From NCBI GenBank assembly GCA_050084985.1, contig JBITNC010000001.1, forward strand, positions 73,408,001 through 73,472,000: 64,000 bases of DNA. The letters are read 5' to 3'. A model generated the notes under the pieces. The model worked only from the letters and a program-made list of their open reading frames with translations. It ran no database searches and was not told the DNA's origin. This DNA is from Nageia nagi (lineage: Eukaryota > Plantae > Pinophyta). This document shows positions 36,692-50,570 of this stretch, in pieces. The translations under genes were made by a program, and so were the position numbers. Within the stretch, counting starts at the first letter, position 1, and the number at the start of each line of letters is the position of its first letter.

Positions 36692-39600
36692 TATTGATGT
36701 GCATATCTAGGGTTCCCATTAACAACAGCACATTTTAAGAGAGTTTTAACCTGCTATTGTGACATAGCATTCATTTCATTTAATTTATCTCTAGAAGCTA
36801 TAACATTATATTCACATTGGTTTTGTATCTATAAGTTTTTTCCCAGTTAAAAAATTCGTGATCAGGCAGGTGATGCAATCCCTTGCTAATAATCCTTATG
36901 CTTGCATTTTGTGTAGCATGAAATACTGTTGCAGGTTCTGTTTGTAATGCCCTCATCAATATCTCATTTCATTATAATCCGTAGTGCATCTGTTATCTGC
37001 TGTGACTATTTTCAGGGTGAATGAGATAGGTCATATATGTATTGAATTGTCTACGGAACCAAATATTTGCATCGTAGGGAAATGATTCTAATGGTTGCAA
37101 ACAAGATGCCTTGTACACCACAGGTACATTACAAATATTTGGCTTTATATACTCTTCCTATATTTGTTTATGTTGGCAGGAAAACGTGGCATCTACCGTT
37201 TATTTCTTCCATTTAGAATATAAACACTCGTCAGGAAGAAACGGATTGTGCATGAAAACATGCAAAATTAAGTTGATGCTGCATGTCAATTATCTATAGT
37301 TGCTTCCTTGTGGTTAAGCGACGCTAAAGTATGCTTGATCTGAAAAGAAGAAGTAGTAAAAATGATACGAGCTTCAGTCTTCTGTCTGGAGTTTTTTGCA
37401 GAATTCATTTTCCCGTAGAGATCTGTTAACAACTTTGCAGAGACAATGGTTACAAGAAACGTGTCCTATGTCAATTTCATGTCAGAAAACAATAAACCAG
37501 AGATGACAAGCCCTCATGCAAAACGCAACTAATGAAACCTGAAAAATATCTTTGTTAGAAAAATAAAGGTTTTCTTTTGCCCTGTGGAGATGTGTGCGAT
37601 CATTAGGTGAGGCATGTATGTAATCATCTCTTGGATGATGAACTTAATATGTTGAAGCATATGTGATGCTGCTATAATAAGTGTGCTCACTTAATCATGC
37701 AATACAAGATAATGAACCATTGACCTGTTGATACGATTCTTGATAGATAATGCCAGCGCTCTTTCTGTGTGCATGTGGTAGGATAAGTTGAGAATATTGA
37801 ATAAACTTAATAGTTTCATAATTGTTGTACTCCATGGAAACATGGGGATGTTTCCTTTCGGTGTGTTTCCCCTGTATTCTGCTGTTTTCCTTTTTGTTTT
37901 CGTCTATGTGAGATGCCCTCGTATTCAAAGAAGTCAGGATGTTTGAGAAAAATGTGGGAGTATTCCATGACGGAAGACCAGCTAAAACCTGCCAAAGAAG
38001 ATCGTTAGTCCGTGGAAAGTATGTTTGATCTTTCCACAAACAAAATGATTAATTGATAAAGAGTAACTATCATATGCATCGTGCTGATTGTACTTGAATA
38101 CAATATATAAATATGTTGTAAGAAATGTAGAAGTATATCACGATCATGTTATACATAAGACCATGGAAATTGTATGATATTCATTAAAGTCAAATTTAAC
38201 GTCCTTTTACATATCGATGCTTATTATAATTAAAATAGATGTTATACAGGTGGTGTGAGGGAACTTGGATGGGCGGAGTTGACACATTTTTATTTGTGTG
38301 TGTTTTTGATACCTGTTGTACCTCATTCTCAAGATTTGAAATCATATTCACATTGTGAAATACACTATCAACACCATAACAATTTTTTAAAATAGAAACT
38401 CACTTGTATTCAAAGTTATATTTTGGTTGATAGTAATATGTTTGATTTTTTTAATACCGAGTGATCAAAACAGTGAAATTGGATTGTGAGAAGAACTTGT
38501 CATGAATAAATGTCATCTTTTAATTTACTAGCTCTTGGATTTTAAAATTTAAATACTGTTAATTAATATTATATAGATATTTGAAATATGAGGTTAATGA
38601 TAACTACAGTATGTTTTTGGATATAATAAGCTTCTTTTGTATTACAGATTTGTAAAACATGAATGTATAAACAATATATTTCTATAATATTTGGATATAC
38701 ATTGAAAGAATATTATAAAATAAATCAAAAGAATTAATAAAAAAAAATGGAAGAATTTTAACATAATATTTAATTTAATTTGATATTAATGTCTAAATGT
38801 GATTCAAAATGGTTAATGGGGTTGTAGAAAAATACATATAATAAAGGTAAGGAAGTGCTTAAGTAGGCCAAAAAAGAGTGTTGAAATACAATAGTTAAAA
38901 TGTTAGGTAGATCCACTTGTATTTTTAGAATATGCAAATTTTTAGCATAAAATATGTTGCACCATTACCAAATCATGATGCCCTTGGTATGTACAATTTG
39001 TAGAAAATTCATTGGAAAAAAGAACGTTGCAAAGTAGGTGCATATAGGGAAAAGAGAGAAATTTATTAATAAATACATTTATCTATACCTATTGAATGAA
39101 AATAGATTAATAGCTAAAAGCAATATAGAGATTTAACAAATTAGGATTTCACAAATTGAAAAAAGAAGAATATAGAGAACTTGTCTACATGATGGAGGAT
39201 TGAAATTTAGTTGGTGGACAATTTATGTTTTCGAAGGGTAAAATTTAGTTGTAGTTAATCTAGACAATTTTGAGTATTTTGAAAACGATAATTGTAGGGG
39301 TTATATTGGAACTATAATATTCATGTTTTGAGCTTGTGTTGCTAATGTTACACATTTTAGTACTTTGTGCTAGAATGTTGGGTATTTTGTGCTGTGAGTG
39401 TTGGAACTTGGGCATTTTGGGCTAATATTGATTTTGTTTTGTACTATGCTTCTTTGATTATTTGGATGATTTTGATGACATTACCACAAAGATGGAAGAC
39501 AATTGTGTAATTGATTTCTTCTTATGATAATTATTTATGATATTTTCTCTATTTGGAATGAACAATTCATAGTGTTTTATAAAAAGATTCATAAATTTGC

Positions 39601-40189
39601 TTTCGAGGTCTTTTAAGTGGATCATTTAGAACAATGTAGATAAAGATAATGTTAAATAAGAAAAATTCACTTAAATGAGTGTTGATCTACTTAAAATGGG
39701 TTGGATATGATATTTTGCATTAATCAAATTAAATAATTTTAACTAGTTAAAATGCACATTTGAATGTCAACAATTTGCTCATTTTACAAACTTGTTAAAG
39801 GACAACTTGAGGCCATATGCCCAAAATAAAAAGGATACAAAATTTTGATGAAGTCTCACGCTTTTGCCCTTGCGAGGACTTTGTCACGAAATTTTATGTA
39901 AAAATAGAAAAATAATTTAAAAAAAATGAAATGATAAAATTGTTGTAATATGATAACGATTTGTCCTTCTCCTGAAGGTTAAAGAGGATATGAGAGCTTG
40001 GGTGAACACATTCTTTCTTATTGAGCAAATGATATTGTCTTTTTTTTGGGCTCCTTGGAAAGGCCTATGTTGAAATGTTGAGTTCAAAGCAAAATGTTTG
40101 TAACTTACAAAATAAAGATAATTGAGACCTTGGACCCCTCTTTGGTACTTGTGATAAAACATGCAATATGTAAAATATTAAACATAGAA

Positions 40190-41000
40190 AAATGGTAATT
40201 TTGTAGTGATAATTCAAAGATTGATATTTAAAAGATTAAGAATTCAAAAATGATATTAATTTAGAAATGATGTTTTAGGCATGATAGTTTCAAAAAAATG
40301 ACAATTTCATAGAATGATATTGCAAAAAATGGTGATCTCAAAAGTTAATTTTAAATGATGATTATAGAAATGATAATTTTAGAAGCTATTTTAGAATGAT
40401 AATTGTATTAATGATAGTTTTAGAAGCTATTTCAAAACGATAATTGTAGAAATGATAGTTTTAGAAGATATTTCAGAATGATAATTGCAAAAATAGAAAT
40501 GACAATTTCATAATGATATTTTTTTTGGTTGGCAAACCTCTTTTTAAATTTTAAAGAAGCTCAATAACATATTTGGGAAGAGTGTTGGGATTTAAAATTG
40601 ATCCTCCATAATGAAAACTACCCCCACTTTACCAAATTACCTTCCATGGATAATTGAAGATATTTCAAAATGATAATGAAAAAAATGATAACTTCAAAAT
40701 ATATTTCAAATTGATAATTACAAAAATGATGTTGTAGGAATGATAAATACAAAAATGTAATTTCAAATATGTTAAATGCAAAAACATCATTTTGTAAATG
40801 ACAAATACTAAAATAATATCTTCATCTATGATAGAAGACTACATGATAATTATGAAAATGAGAATTTCAAAAGATGTAACTTTAGACATGAGAATTTCAA
40901 AATAGATGCATAAATGTAGTTTTAAATATGATAATGCAAAAAATAACTTTGGAAATGATAGATATAAATATGTAATTTCAAAAATTACAAGTATAGAAAA
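40190..41000. repeat. AT-rich degenerate minisatellite (AAATGATAATT subunits; 3 x 41-bp higher-order unit at ~40365-40490)
   Basis: TAGAAG(C/A)TATTT at 40380, 40421 and 40462 within many AATGATA repeats. Confidence 0.7.
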
Positions 41001-41237
41001 GTTATTTCAAGAAATAAAATATGAAAATTTCAAACATACAATTAATCAATTTGTAGATATTTTCAAAAGATATTATTATAATAAAAAAATAATAAAAATA
41101 TTATTTAATTAGGGTTATTACAAAATATTCAATTAACCAATTTAACCATGAAATAATAGAAAAATGATAATACAAATGATAACAACGATCTATTCCACCT
41201 TGACCTATCAAAACTGGATTTACAAAATATACAAACT

Positions 41238-41963
41238 TATAGTTTACCTGTGAGGACAAATAGAGGTGATATTCAGATGAAAGGGGACTAATGACAAGCC
41301 TCTCCAAAAAACAAAGCCCAATATCTGACCTCAACCTAGCGTCGCTGCTAGGAACCCAACGACATCACTTGGCTACTTTACCAATTTAGCCTTGCCCTTT
41401 GCTTGATGTCATCATCTTGCCTTCAATGCTTAAAATACCACTCATAGATGAGTAAAAGATAGCAGGAATGCAAATATCAGAGTATAACAATTTCTAGAAA
41501 TGATAGGTGGTGTTAAGAAACACTAATCAATAATGACACAAGTAATCCCACCAATCAAGGATTTAGGATTGTGTTAGATCATGTCTCATCTATGATCATG
41601 CACACCTTTCCACCTTTATAGGTAACAAGTAAATTAGAAAGGCTCCTCCTTGGGCTTATTATGATGTCGATCAACTTGTTACCATAAAACATAAAGGTAG
41701 ATGAGACTACACATTGATAAAGATATTTATTTAATAAATCAAATAAATCATTTCAAATAACTAAAAAGGGTATTTTGATTAAATTAAACTCCTTTTTAAG
41801 TGTTAATAGATGCCCTAGTTTGAATATATTTTGAGCTTTTGGAACAAAAAAGGTCAAAGCATAATTCAAAGTATAATATAGAAAAAAAAGTAAGAGTAAG
41901 AAAATACTGTCTGAAAAGTTATCTCATGGCAACAATTTCAGATGCCCCAACATTTTGCCTATA
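41238..41963 (-). repeat. Probable 3' LTR of the minus-strand Tat/Ogre-type element
   Basis: Directly follows the minus-strand PPT AAGAGGGGGCA (41967-41977). Termini TATAG...CTATA (decayed TGTAG...CTACA). Minus-strand TATA at ~41617. Confidence 0.55.
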
Positions 41964-42204
41964 TTATGCCCCCTCTTTGACTTGGTTGCAACATGATGGA
42001 CCTCTCATCATAGGAGCAATCCAAGGCAAAGAACAAAGAACTTGAGAAGAACTTAGACAAGAAATGTTTTTGTACGAGATATCTCAAATATAAACATTAA
42101 CATTATGATATGAATAATGTGATAAGTTTTATAGATGCAAACCTATCCTTGGTGACTTACCCACTAAGATTGATGAAAAAAGATTACCAATTTATGCTAA
42201 TAAG

Positions 42205-42378
42205 CTTGGTTTCCCAATCCACCATGTTGCCATGGATTTTTGAAAAGAATGACCCTTCCTTACAAAGGATTCAAATGATAAGAGTGACCAACTTGGTTTC
42301 CCCAAGCCACCATGTTTCCATGGATTTTTGATATGGATGACCCTTTCTTACAAAGGCATCAAATGATATAATTGACAA
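42205..42378. repeat. 2 x 87-bp tandem repeat in the 3' UTR of the gypsy element
   Basis: CTTGGTTTCCC...TTACAAAGG starts at 42205 and 42292. Confidence 0.85.
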
Positions 42379-42581
42379 GAGAAATGCATGATAAATAACT
42401 TTTGATGAAAATAAGGGTAGATATATAGGCAAGTTACCTTTTTCATTTTCTTACCTTAATGTGGATTGTACTGAATGCAGCGATGATGCTAAAAGCACAG
42501 CGTCATTGCTAAGTTATTGCTTTTACTAACCTACAATGTTAGTATCCAAAAACATAGAAAGATATATTTGCTTGAAAAAGA

Positions 42582-45112
42582 TTAGACGAAAAACTTTGTT
42601 AGATGCATGACATTAATTAGATTACGTTCCTCTTTACCTTCAATTATAGATAGTTTATATGCACCTTTTCCATAATTTGTAATGACAATGTAAGGACCTA
42701 TCCAGTTAGGTTTGAACTTATCCTTCTTTTCATTTTCAAGTGCTTTAGTGTTGGCAAGATTTTATTTTAAGATAAGGGAACTCTTTAGGGATGATCTTTT
42801 TGCTGTAGGCTTGTTGAATTTGAGAATGATAAGAACAAAGGTGTTCCAGAGAGTTAACCCTTTTCTCATCTAGGACCTCTAATTGGGCTAATCTAGCTTT
42901 CCATCTATCTTCATCAGAAATGAGACCATCTATGGATACACAAAGCGATGGGATTTCTAGCTCTAATGGGACCACAACTTCAATTCCATACTTTAGGGAA
43001 AAGGGGGTGGCACCTATAGATGTCCTAATACTTGTCCTATAGCCCACAAAGCATAGGGGAGTTGTTCATGCCAATCTTTACCATGTTGTGCAATAGTTTT
43101 GGATAGGATACTTTTTATGACTTTATTTGATGCTTCGAATTGACCATTATGTTGGAAATAATAAGGTGTAAAGAATTTCCTTTTAATATGATATTTTGAA
43201 AAAAATATCTAATTTCATTACCTTTAAATCTAGGACCATTATCCATGAACAATTTAGAAGTAACACCATATCTAGAAATGATATATTCAATAAGAAAATC
43301 AACAATTTTACCTCCTTTTGCTGACTTCATAGGTATAGCCTCCACCCATATAGTGAAGTACTTTGTAGCTATAATAATAAACTTATGTCCATCTCTTGAA
43401 ACATGGTTAATTTTGCCAATAAAATCAAGTGTCTAAATGGAAAATGGCCAAGGGGATACAATAGAGTGCAAATCATGAGAAGAAGAAGGTTGAAGTCTAG
43501 CATTATTTTGACATTGTTCACATTTTCTAACATGCTATTCATAATCTTCAAGCATAGTAGGCCAATAATAACCTAGTCTAAGAAAATTTTGATAAACAAA
43601 TTTACCGTTGAAGTGACTGCCACATTTACCATCATGAGCTTGATCCATTTCTATTTCATTCCTCATTAAACATCTAAGGAGAGTACCATCAAAAGATCTT
43701 CTATATAGCAAATCACCAATAATGACATCTTTTGCAACTAGCTTTTTAAGTCTAATTCTTGCATGATAATCAAAAACAATAGGGACAATACCATTATTAA
43801 GATAATTGAAAACATCTTGATACCATTCACATGCACTAATACAAGTTGAAAAATAATGATCTTGAATAAAATTTTGAACAACAAACTCATGAGAAGGCTT
43901 ACTGATACTTTTGATTATGAATATGGTGTGTTCATCTTCTATGTTAATGGGAGCAAGAGAAGCAACACTATCCATAGCATCAACATGCTTATTATTATCT
44001 CTTGGGATGTTGTCAATTTGATATTCAGTGAAGTAAATGAGGATATTTTCCACCATTTCCTTATACAGTTGCAACTTGGGATCCTTGGTGTTGTAGATGT
44101 TGGACACTTGCTTTATTATTAATTGAGAATCACCAAAGACATTTATCCTTTGTACTTTGATAAGTATATAAGCCTTCAATACTAAAATAAGAGCCTCATA
44201 TTCTACCATGTTGTTAGTACAATCAAAACCTAAATGATAAGACATAGGGATAACATCACCATGAGGACTAATTAGAATAATTCTTTCCTAAGCTCTATGA
44301 ATGCACTTAGAACCATAAAAAAATAATGTCTACTCATCATCTTCTATGAAGCTAATGAAAAATATGAGGGTACTCATGCTTTGTATCTGAACGATGATGC
44401 TGAACTCCAACGATGATGCTAGCACCATGGTTGGTCTGGAACTCCACTTCATTTGAAAACTCCTCTTGTGTTCATAATACTTCATTCCATGGATGATTGA
44501 TGATGAAGTATCTATAACTTATCCTTTAATTAATTTCTGAGTGATAAAGACCAAATCAAATCCTTGAAGCAATATCACCCATTTTGCAACTCTTTCAGAT
44601 AGGTAGGGTTTAGCCATAAGATATAACAGTGGATCATCCTGATCTGTGACATATGTTGTATTTCCAAGTATGTAATGTATTAAATTTTCTATTGAGAAGA
44701 CTATTGCAAAGCACATATTTTTTATTGGAGTATATCTTATTTCATATTCAAGCAAATTCTTACTGATGTAATAAATTGCTCTTTCCTTATTGTTGTTACC
44801 TTTTTGAGCTAACATTGGTCCTAAGGCACTTACGGTTGCTGAAATATTAAGTAATAAGCTCTTTTTTGAATCATAAGGGGTTAAGATCAAAGGATTATTA
44901 ATATAACTTTTGATTTTATCCAAATCTTTTTTACACTTTTCATCCCACATGAATTTCTCACCTTTCTTCAATAAATGAGAAAAAGGAGCGGTCATATCTG
45001 CTAATTGAGTAATGAATCTTCTAACTACTTGCACTTTGCCTAAAATACTTATCAAGTCCTTCAAACTTCTTAGAGGTGGTAAATCAACAATAGCTATAAA
45101 CTTCTTAAAATC
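42582..45112 (-). pseudogene. Ty3/gypsy Tat/Ogre-type pol remnant (RT C-terminus, RNase H, additional archaeal-type RNase H, integrase)
   Basis: RRFITQLA...FMWDEKC; AIYYISK...YTPIK; aRH CTNNMVEYEALI...GDSQLIIKQV; AHDGKCGSH...GYYWPTM; DNGPRF; YRTSIRTSIGATPFSL; NWIGPY. 5'-truncated at 45112. Confidence 0.92.
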
Positions 45113-45905
45113 TATTAGGATACTTACAACCATAACATTGAATTTAGAAGCACAAACACATCCATACACTCAAATAAGGGTTTATGGGTATTTTAATAGT
45201 GAAGTTCAAAGCTCCTCCAATATAGGATATATGACCAATAAGGTCAATAATACATGCGTAATGATTCATCCCAAGAATAATGTAATAAGAGTCACTCATG
45301 CTATTAAAGTATTTCCAACCCTTTTCCACTAGAACTGTATCGTTGCATGCAAGTAGAACACATACAAAGGTTATGATAAGTATTAACAATAATTATGTTA
45401 TTATTTTAATTAATTATGCTAAGTATAAAAGTATGCTTTTTTTTTTGTTTGGTTAAGTATTACAAGCATGCTTTTGCCAATTTACCACATTGCATTCCAT
45501 GAAACATTTTCTACATCATCAATCTTGTCAAATGATTTTTAGGCCTTGTGTATTGTTCCATATTTTTCATACATGTCTATCAAGGTAGTCACAACCATAA
45601 TATTTGATGTAAGACCATTTTCAACTACTCTTTGATGGATGTCCATACCTTCTTCTAGAGCTCCCATGGTGGAACATGATGGAAGAATGCTATCAAAGGT
45701 TACAAAGTTTGGATTTATATCTAACAACTACATCTACTTAAAGGTATCTATAACATTTAAATAAAACCATTTTATGCATATCCTATGATCATTGAATTCC
45801 ATGAAATTGTGTCTACATCATGCAACTTATTAGATAATTTCTGGGCTTTTTGTACTCCTCCATATTTTTCATACATTCCTTTCAAGGAATTAACAATCAT
45901 AAAAT
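45113..45905 (-). pseudogene. PLS-class PPR gene fragment, copy 1
   Basis: PNFVTFDSILPSCSTMGALEEGMDIHQRVV...NIMVVTTLIDMYEKYG; FVCVLLAC...VEKGWKYFNSM...HYACIIDLIG. Contains stops and frameshifts. Confidence 0.9.
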
Positions 45906-46205
45906 TTGATGAAATGATATAAATGCACCAACATATGATATGAAACCTCATGAAGTGATAGAATAATTAAATATGTTATCTAAAATCTACAAGAATAATA
46001 GTCCATGAAACTGTACCTACATCATGCATCTTCATATTTTGTATTCATGTCTATCATATTTTATGTTCCATTACAATTTTTTAAAAAGTACTTCTTGGGT
46101 GTGTGGATGTGTCTACTTGGTTATTGTGTCATGACATAATTAAAATACACCTTTTAGGTATTTTAAATGCATTATTTATTTAAGTGATTTATTATTATTT
46201 TATTA

Positions 46206-46435
46206 GGGGAAAGCTATTCTACCTCAAAATTGGAGCATATACACCTCAAGTATATAGCTTAAAATCGTCAAACCAAAAATCCATGTTGCTTGCATACTAG
46301 CGGTTAATTGGGTTGAGGAAGGAAAATTTGTAGATGGATGGTCCTAATTCATCTCACATGATGCAATTTTGGTTGTTTTTGAGCTATATACTTTAGGCGT
46401 ATATGTTCAAATTTGGAGGTAGGATAGCTTCATCC
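46206..46435. mobile_element. Mutator-like MITE (230 bp)
   Basis: ~60-bp TIRs (GGGGAAAGCTATTCTACCTC... / ...GAGGTAGGATAGCTTCATCC) and perfect 9-bp TSD ATTTTATTA. Confidence 0.9.
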
Positions 46436-47155
46436 ATTTTATTATGCACTCTTACTACCTTCATAATTTATTAATAATAGGTTATCTAGAAGATAAGCCT
46501 AATAAGGTGTCTTGGAACAGATAAACCCAAGAAGTTGTATTGGCATTAGAAATTGATAAGCCCAATGTAAAATTCTTAGCATAGGCCTATTGTTTATAAA
46601 GGAAGGGAAGGGTTGTGCATCATGTATCATGACATAATATGGATCCTTGAGAGGTGATACATATATTGGTTCTATTGATAGGTATTTCTCAACACCACCT
46701 ATCACATATATATTTTGTTATACTTCATAAATACTAAATCCTTGCAATCTTTCGATCCATCATGCACATGCAATCTAGCTTTGGAGAAGAATCCTCAATG
46801 ATGAATTAAGGTTTTGATATTTTCTACATGATATGTCGACCAACTATGCTCCATCTTGAGTGATGATGCTTTGCAAAGGTTATGTCTAGTGGTCCCATTT
46901 ATGGGAATAATTAGTCATTTAATTCTTTGAGATAATTGTGAGCTATGATCCTTGTGATAGGTAAACTAATAAGTTTATAAGTTCATTTGAATATATATTT
47001 GATAGGTTAAGGTTAATTGAACATCATGGATTATTATCATATTCATATTGAATTACTTTAGTCAGTAATATGACTATGATATTTGAATTTCACTATTTTT
47101 AGTTGTAATTCAATATTATAATTAACCAAAAATTAATTAATTTGGTTATAACAAT

Positions 47156-47169
47156 TGGTGAACCCAACA
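47156..47169 (+). promoter_or_regulatory. Primer-binding site, probably tRNA-Trp (copy at 54846)
   Basis: TGGTGAACCCAACA versus the complement of the plant tRNA-Trp 3' end as recalled (TGGTGAACCCGACG); the differences fit CpG decay. Confidence 0.65.
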
Positions 47170-47193
47170 TTTTTTTCAAAACATCATTTTTTT

Positions 47194-48315
47194 GGGAAAA
47201 TATATAAAATACCCTTGTAATTTCACCTAATATAAAAAATACCCCTATTTTTTCATAGATATCCAAAACACCCTTTATCTATTCTACTCATCTCATAGAT
47301 GGATTTGGACAACCTAATGTTGCACAACTAGAATTAGAGATCGAGCTATGGTATAATGGATCGTATAGAATCCTACATCCCCATGTTCATGGAACCAACT
47401 ACATGTTTGTCATGTTGTTTCATACTTCTATCATTATACTACTCTAGCATTCTTATGATTATGGGACAAATATAGCATTTCTAGTCTAATGCCTTTGACT
47501 CTTAGCTCAATATCTAGCTTAGTGTTCAGTTATTGGTGAAGTTATTCTATTTTGCTTTGGTTTATTTGAGATGTGCTTAATGATTTGTGTGAGTGTAGCA
47601 TTCTATTGTTCAATAATTTGAATTTGTGGCTGCTCAAGATTGGTGCCTATGTAATGCAAAGCCACATGATAGTACTCATGTATTGTCTATGCTTATACTT
47701 ACTTCGATGAGTGAAGACTTGTATGACTAGAATAATAAAAAAACCAAATCACGATAACATTAGATTCTTTAACTATGCTCTTATAAAATTGTGATTAGAG
47801 TTTTAGTGCTTTTCTTGGTATTTGACAACCTTCACTTATTTTTGTTCACTGGGTTTTTTGTATTTGAAAAAAACTTGCACTATAATGTTCTTTGGAGAAT
47901 ACAAATTTTACAACCTTAATGTTTTTATTGTGCATGGGGTTTCATGGGCTCATGAGCTTACGATAGAATAAGAAAGGGTAAATGGTATCTCTTTACAAAA
48001 TTTGATACAATTATGAAGAATAACTTTTGTATTCATATGACTATCCACGTTATGGATAGAGAAAGAGGGTATTAGTAAGCCTTCTATAATAACCTACTCC
48101 AACTAGCTCCATTATATAAGAAGTCATGGCTCCATAACTAATTCTTTTCATGTGGCATCTACTTGGGCAGAGGGTTGCTTTTGAATCCATGTTTGAGGTC
48201 AAATTGAACAAAGGTTATATATCAGGGGTATTTTTGATATTTTGGAAAAAGTAGGGGTATTTTCAATATTACTCAAATTACAAGGGTATTTTAGATATCC
48301 CCCCCCCCCCCCCCC
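47194..48315. mobile_element. Non-autonomous Mutator-like element (~1.1 kb)
   Basis: TIRs of at least 80 bp: GGGAAAATATATAAAATACCCTTGTAATTT... versus the reverse complement of ...AAATTACAAGGGTATTTTAGATATCCCC. T-run flanks consistent with a CATTTTTTT-like TSD. Confidence 0.8.
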
Positions 48316-49534
48316 TTTTTTTCTTTTGATCCACTAGTTGTGCCAAAATCCCTAGAGTTTTTGGATAGGATCAATATTATATCTTAAATATTACAGAAAT
48401 GGATATAATTCATACTCAAGTTGTCCCTAAGTGTCATGTTACTAGACCAAAGAAGAAACGAATAAGAAGGAATTATGCTAGTAACATGCCTCAAAGATAA
48501 AGTCAACATGAAAATTATATTATCGTGAATAATATGATACTGTATCAGAAAAATATTATCATTCAAAGGATAAAGGTGACATAAAGGAAGAGGCTAATCA
48601 AATTCATTCAAGGGTTAGCATGGAAAATGTGGGATCTAAAATAGATAATAACAAGATTGTGAAGTAGTAAATTTGCAGGTTTATGGACTAGCTCTAACCA
48701 AATCAAAGTCACTTCCAAATTATAGGATATTATTTCTTGATAAGTAATATTACCATTATGTTCTTCAAGTATTGCAAGAGGCACTTATTGATCTTGAGCA
48801 TTTGGTAGGAGATACTTTGGAGACTAATCTTGAGTATTTAAAATAAATAAGAATGATCCATAAAAGTAGAAATAATACCCTAACATCTTATCATCTAACA
48901 TATAGATACTTTGAGTTACCTAAATGAATTACACCCTTGCATTTTTAAATACTTATGATAGTTGTAGAATCATAAGTAGAAATGATGGTTCTCAAGGTTC
49001 CTAAGCTAAATGAATAAATGATATTACATATAACATTCCATTACCAAAAGATGATGCTCCATTGAGTGACAATGCTCCACCAATACAAACTATTATGAAT
49101 GATAATCCTTAGACATCAAGGGTTAACGACCATGTAGAACAACTACTACCTTAGGAGGTATTTTAGATGAAAATGATGAATAATAGTATAATTAAGACCT
49201 TATCATAAAATATGATCTTAGGGAGGATGATTTAATTGATATTATAGATACCAAACCAGTTAAAGTAATAAGTATGCAAGATAAATAACATGCAGAAGTA
49301 GATCAAGTAGTTGAGTTTGGTTTAAAACATAAACCTGGTTGGAATGATGAAGAATGTAAAATTTGAAAGATAAAATTAAATTAGTTTCTTCATGATATTG
49401 ATTTTAAAATAAATTTATTTATTGATAAAATTGAAATGGTGGATGATTTGATCAAGAGATTAAAGTAGGAAAAATATCATTGATTTGGTCTATTTCAAGC
49501 AGTATCTAAAGATAAGGGAATTTCTACAGGAATA

Positions 49535-50570
49535 TTGATGGGTAATAATTCACAACCATGTAATGATCACTATAATATATCTCAATTAAAAGTACAAAAC
49601 TATTCCTTTTTGGTATTCATCAACACATTTGCACCTACAATTATAAAAGGACTAGAGGCTAGTAGTAATAATCCTTTTCACTACTACATTCATCAAAAGA
49701 GATATGAAAAATATATAACTTTTACAAAATTTTATGGGCATTCATATTATAGTGAGTATTTAAAAAAAAATCATTTAGAATATTTTTCATTTGAAAATGA
49801 CACAAATTTCTTGGCTAGATTATTTTCATTAAGTTTGGATCATGACATCTTTTTATGGTTCATAAGTTTTCCTAGTGCAATAATTCAAAGTTACTTTGAT
49901 GATTTAATAAAGGTATTTCTTGAAAGATATGCATTACATGTTCAATAATAAGTAACACCCTCGACATGTATAAATTAAAACAAAGATAAGATTAGTTTGT
50001 TATCAATTTTATAAAGAAATGGAAGAAGATAGTTAATTTGATATAAGTGCATGATAATAAAAATAAACATGTTGTCTTTCATTCTTTACCCCTATCATGT
50101 AGAAATGTTTTTTTTCATATTTTGAGAATTTACCTTATGAGGATATGATAATATAAATGGCCAGAAATGAATATATGCATGATACTTTTAATCAACCTTT
50201 AGATCATATGAAAACTAAAGTTGTCTTAAAACCAAATTTTCCAAAAAAACCTAAGGTAGTTCAATAGTAAAAATCATAAGAGGTAAAAATGATAACATGA
50301 GTTAGTCATGATAATATTGAAGTAAAATATAATATAAGACCTCTATAATAATACATAAAATTTTTAGAAGATATTGATGATATGCTCAATACATCAGTTG
50401 ATAGAAATTTTATCAGATATCCCCCATATACAGAACCACTAGGAATAAAACCACTTGGATATCAGGCTCATCTCTTTTACAATTTTCATAAAAGAGAGTA
50501 ACATTCAATGAAATATTACAACCATTTAAAAAACATAATTGAAGATATGCATGATGAAGAAAAGTTTAAA
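49535..50570 (+). pseudogene. Retrotransposon Gag remnant (Tat/Ogre-like)
   Basis: LFSLSLDHDIFLWFISFPSAIIQSYFDDLIKVFLERY (retrotransposon Gag core) and the decayed zinc motif FYNFHKRE*HSMKYYNHLKNIIED. Confidence 0.75.

Noticed and set aside
21780-39200. Possible hAT dimerisation-domain relics (~21800-22050 minus, ~28250-28450 minus, ~38900-39100 plus)
   Set aside because: The resemblance needs several frameshifts and lacks intact signature motifs, so it cannot be supported without an HMM search.
41108-41120. AGGGTTATTACA as an LTR terminus
   Set aside because: No partner terminus, PPT/PBS or TSD was found.
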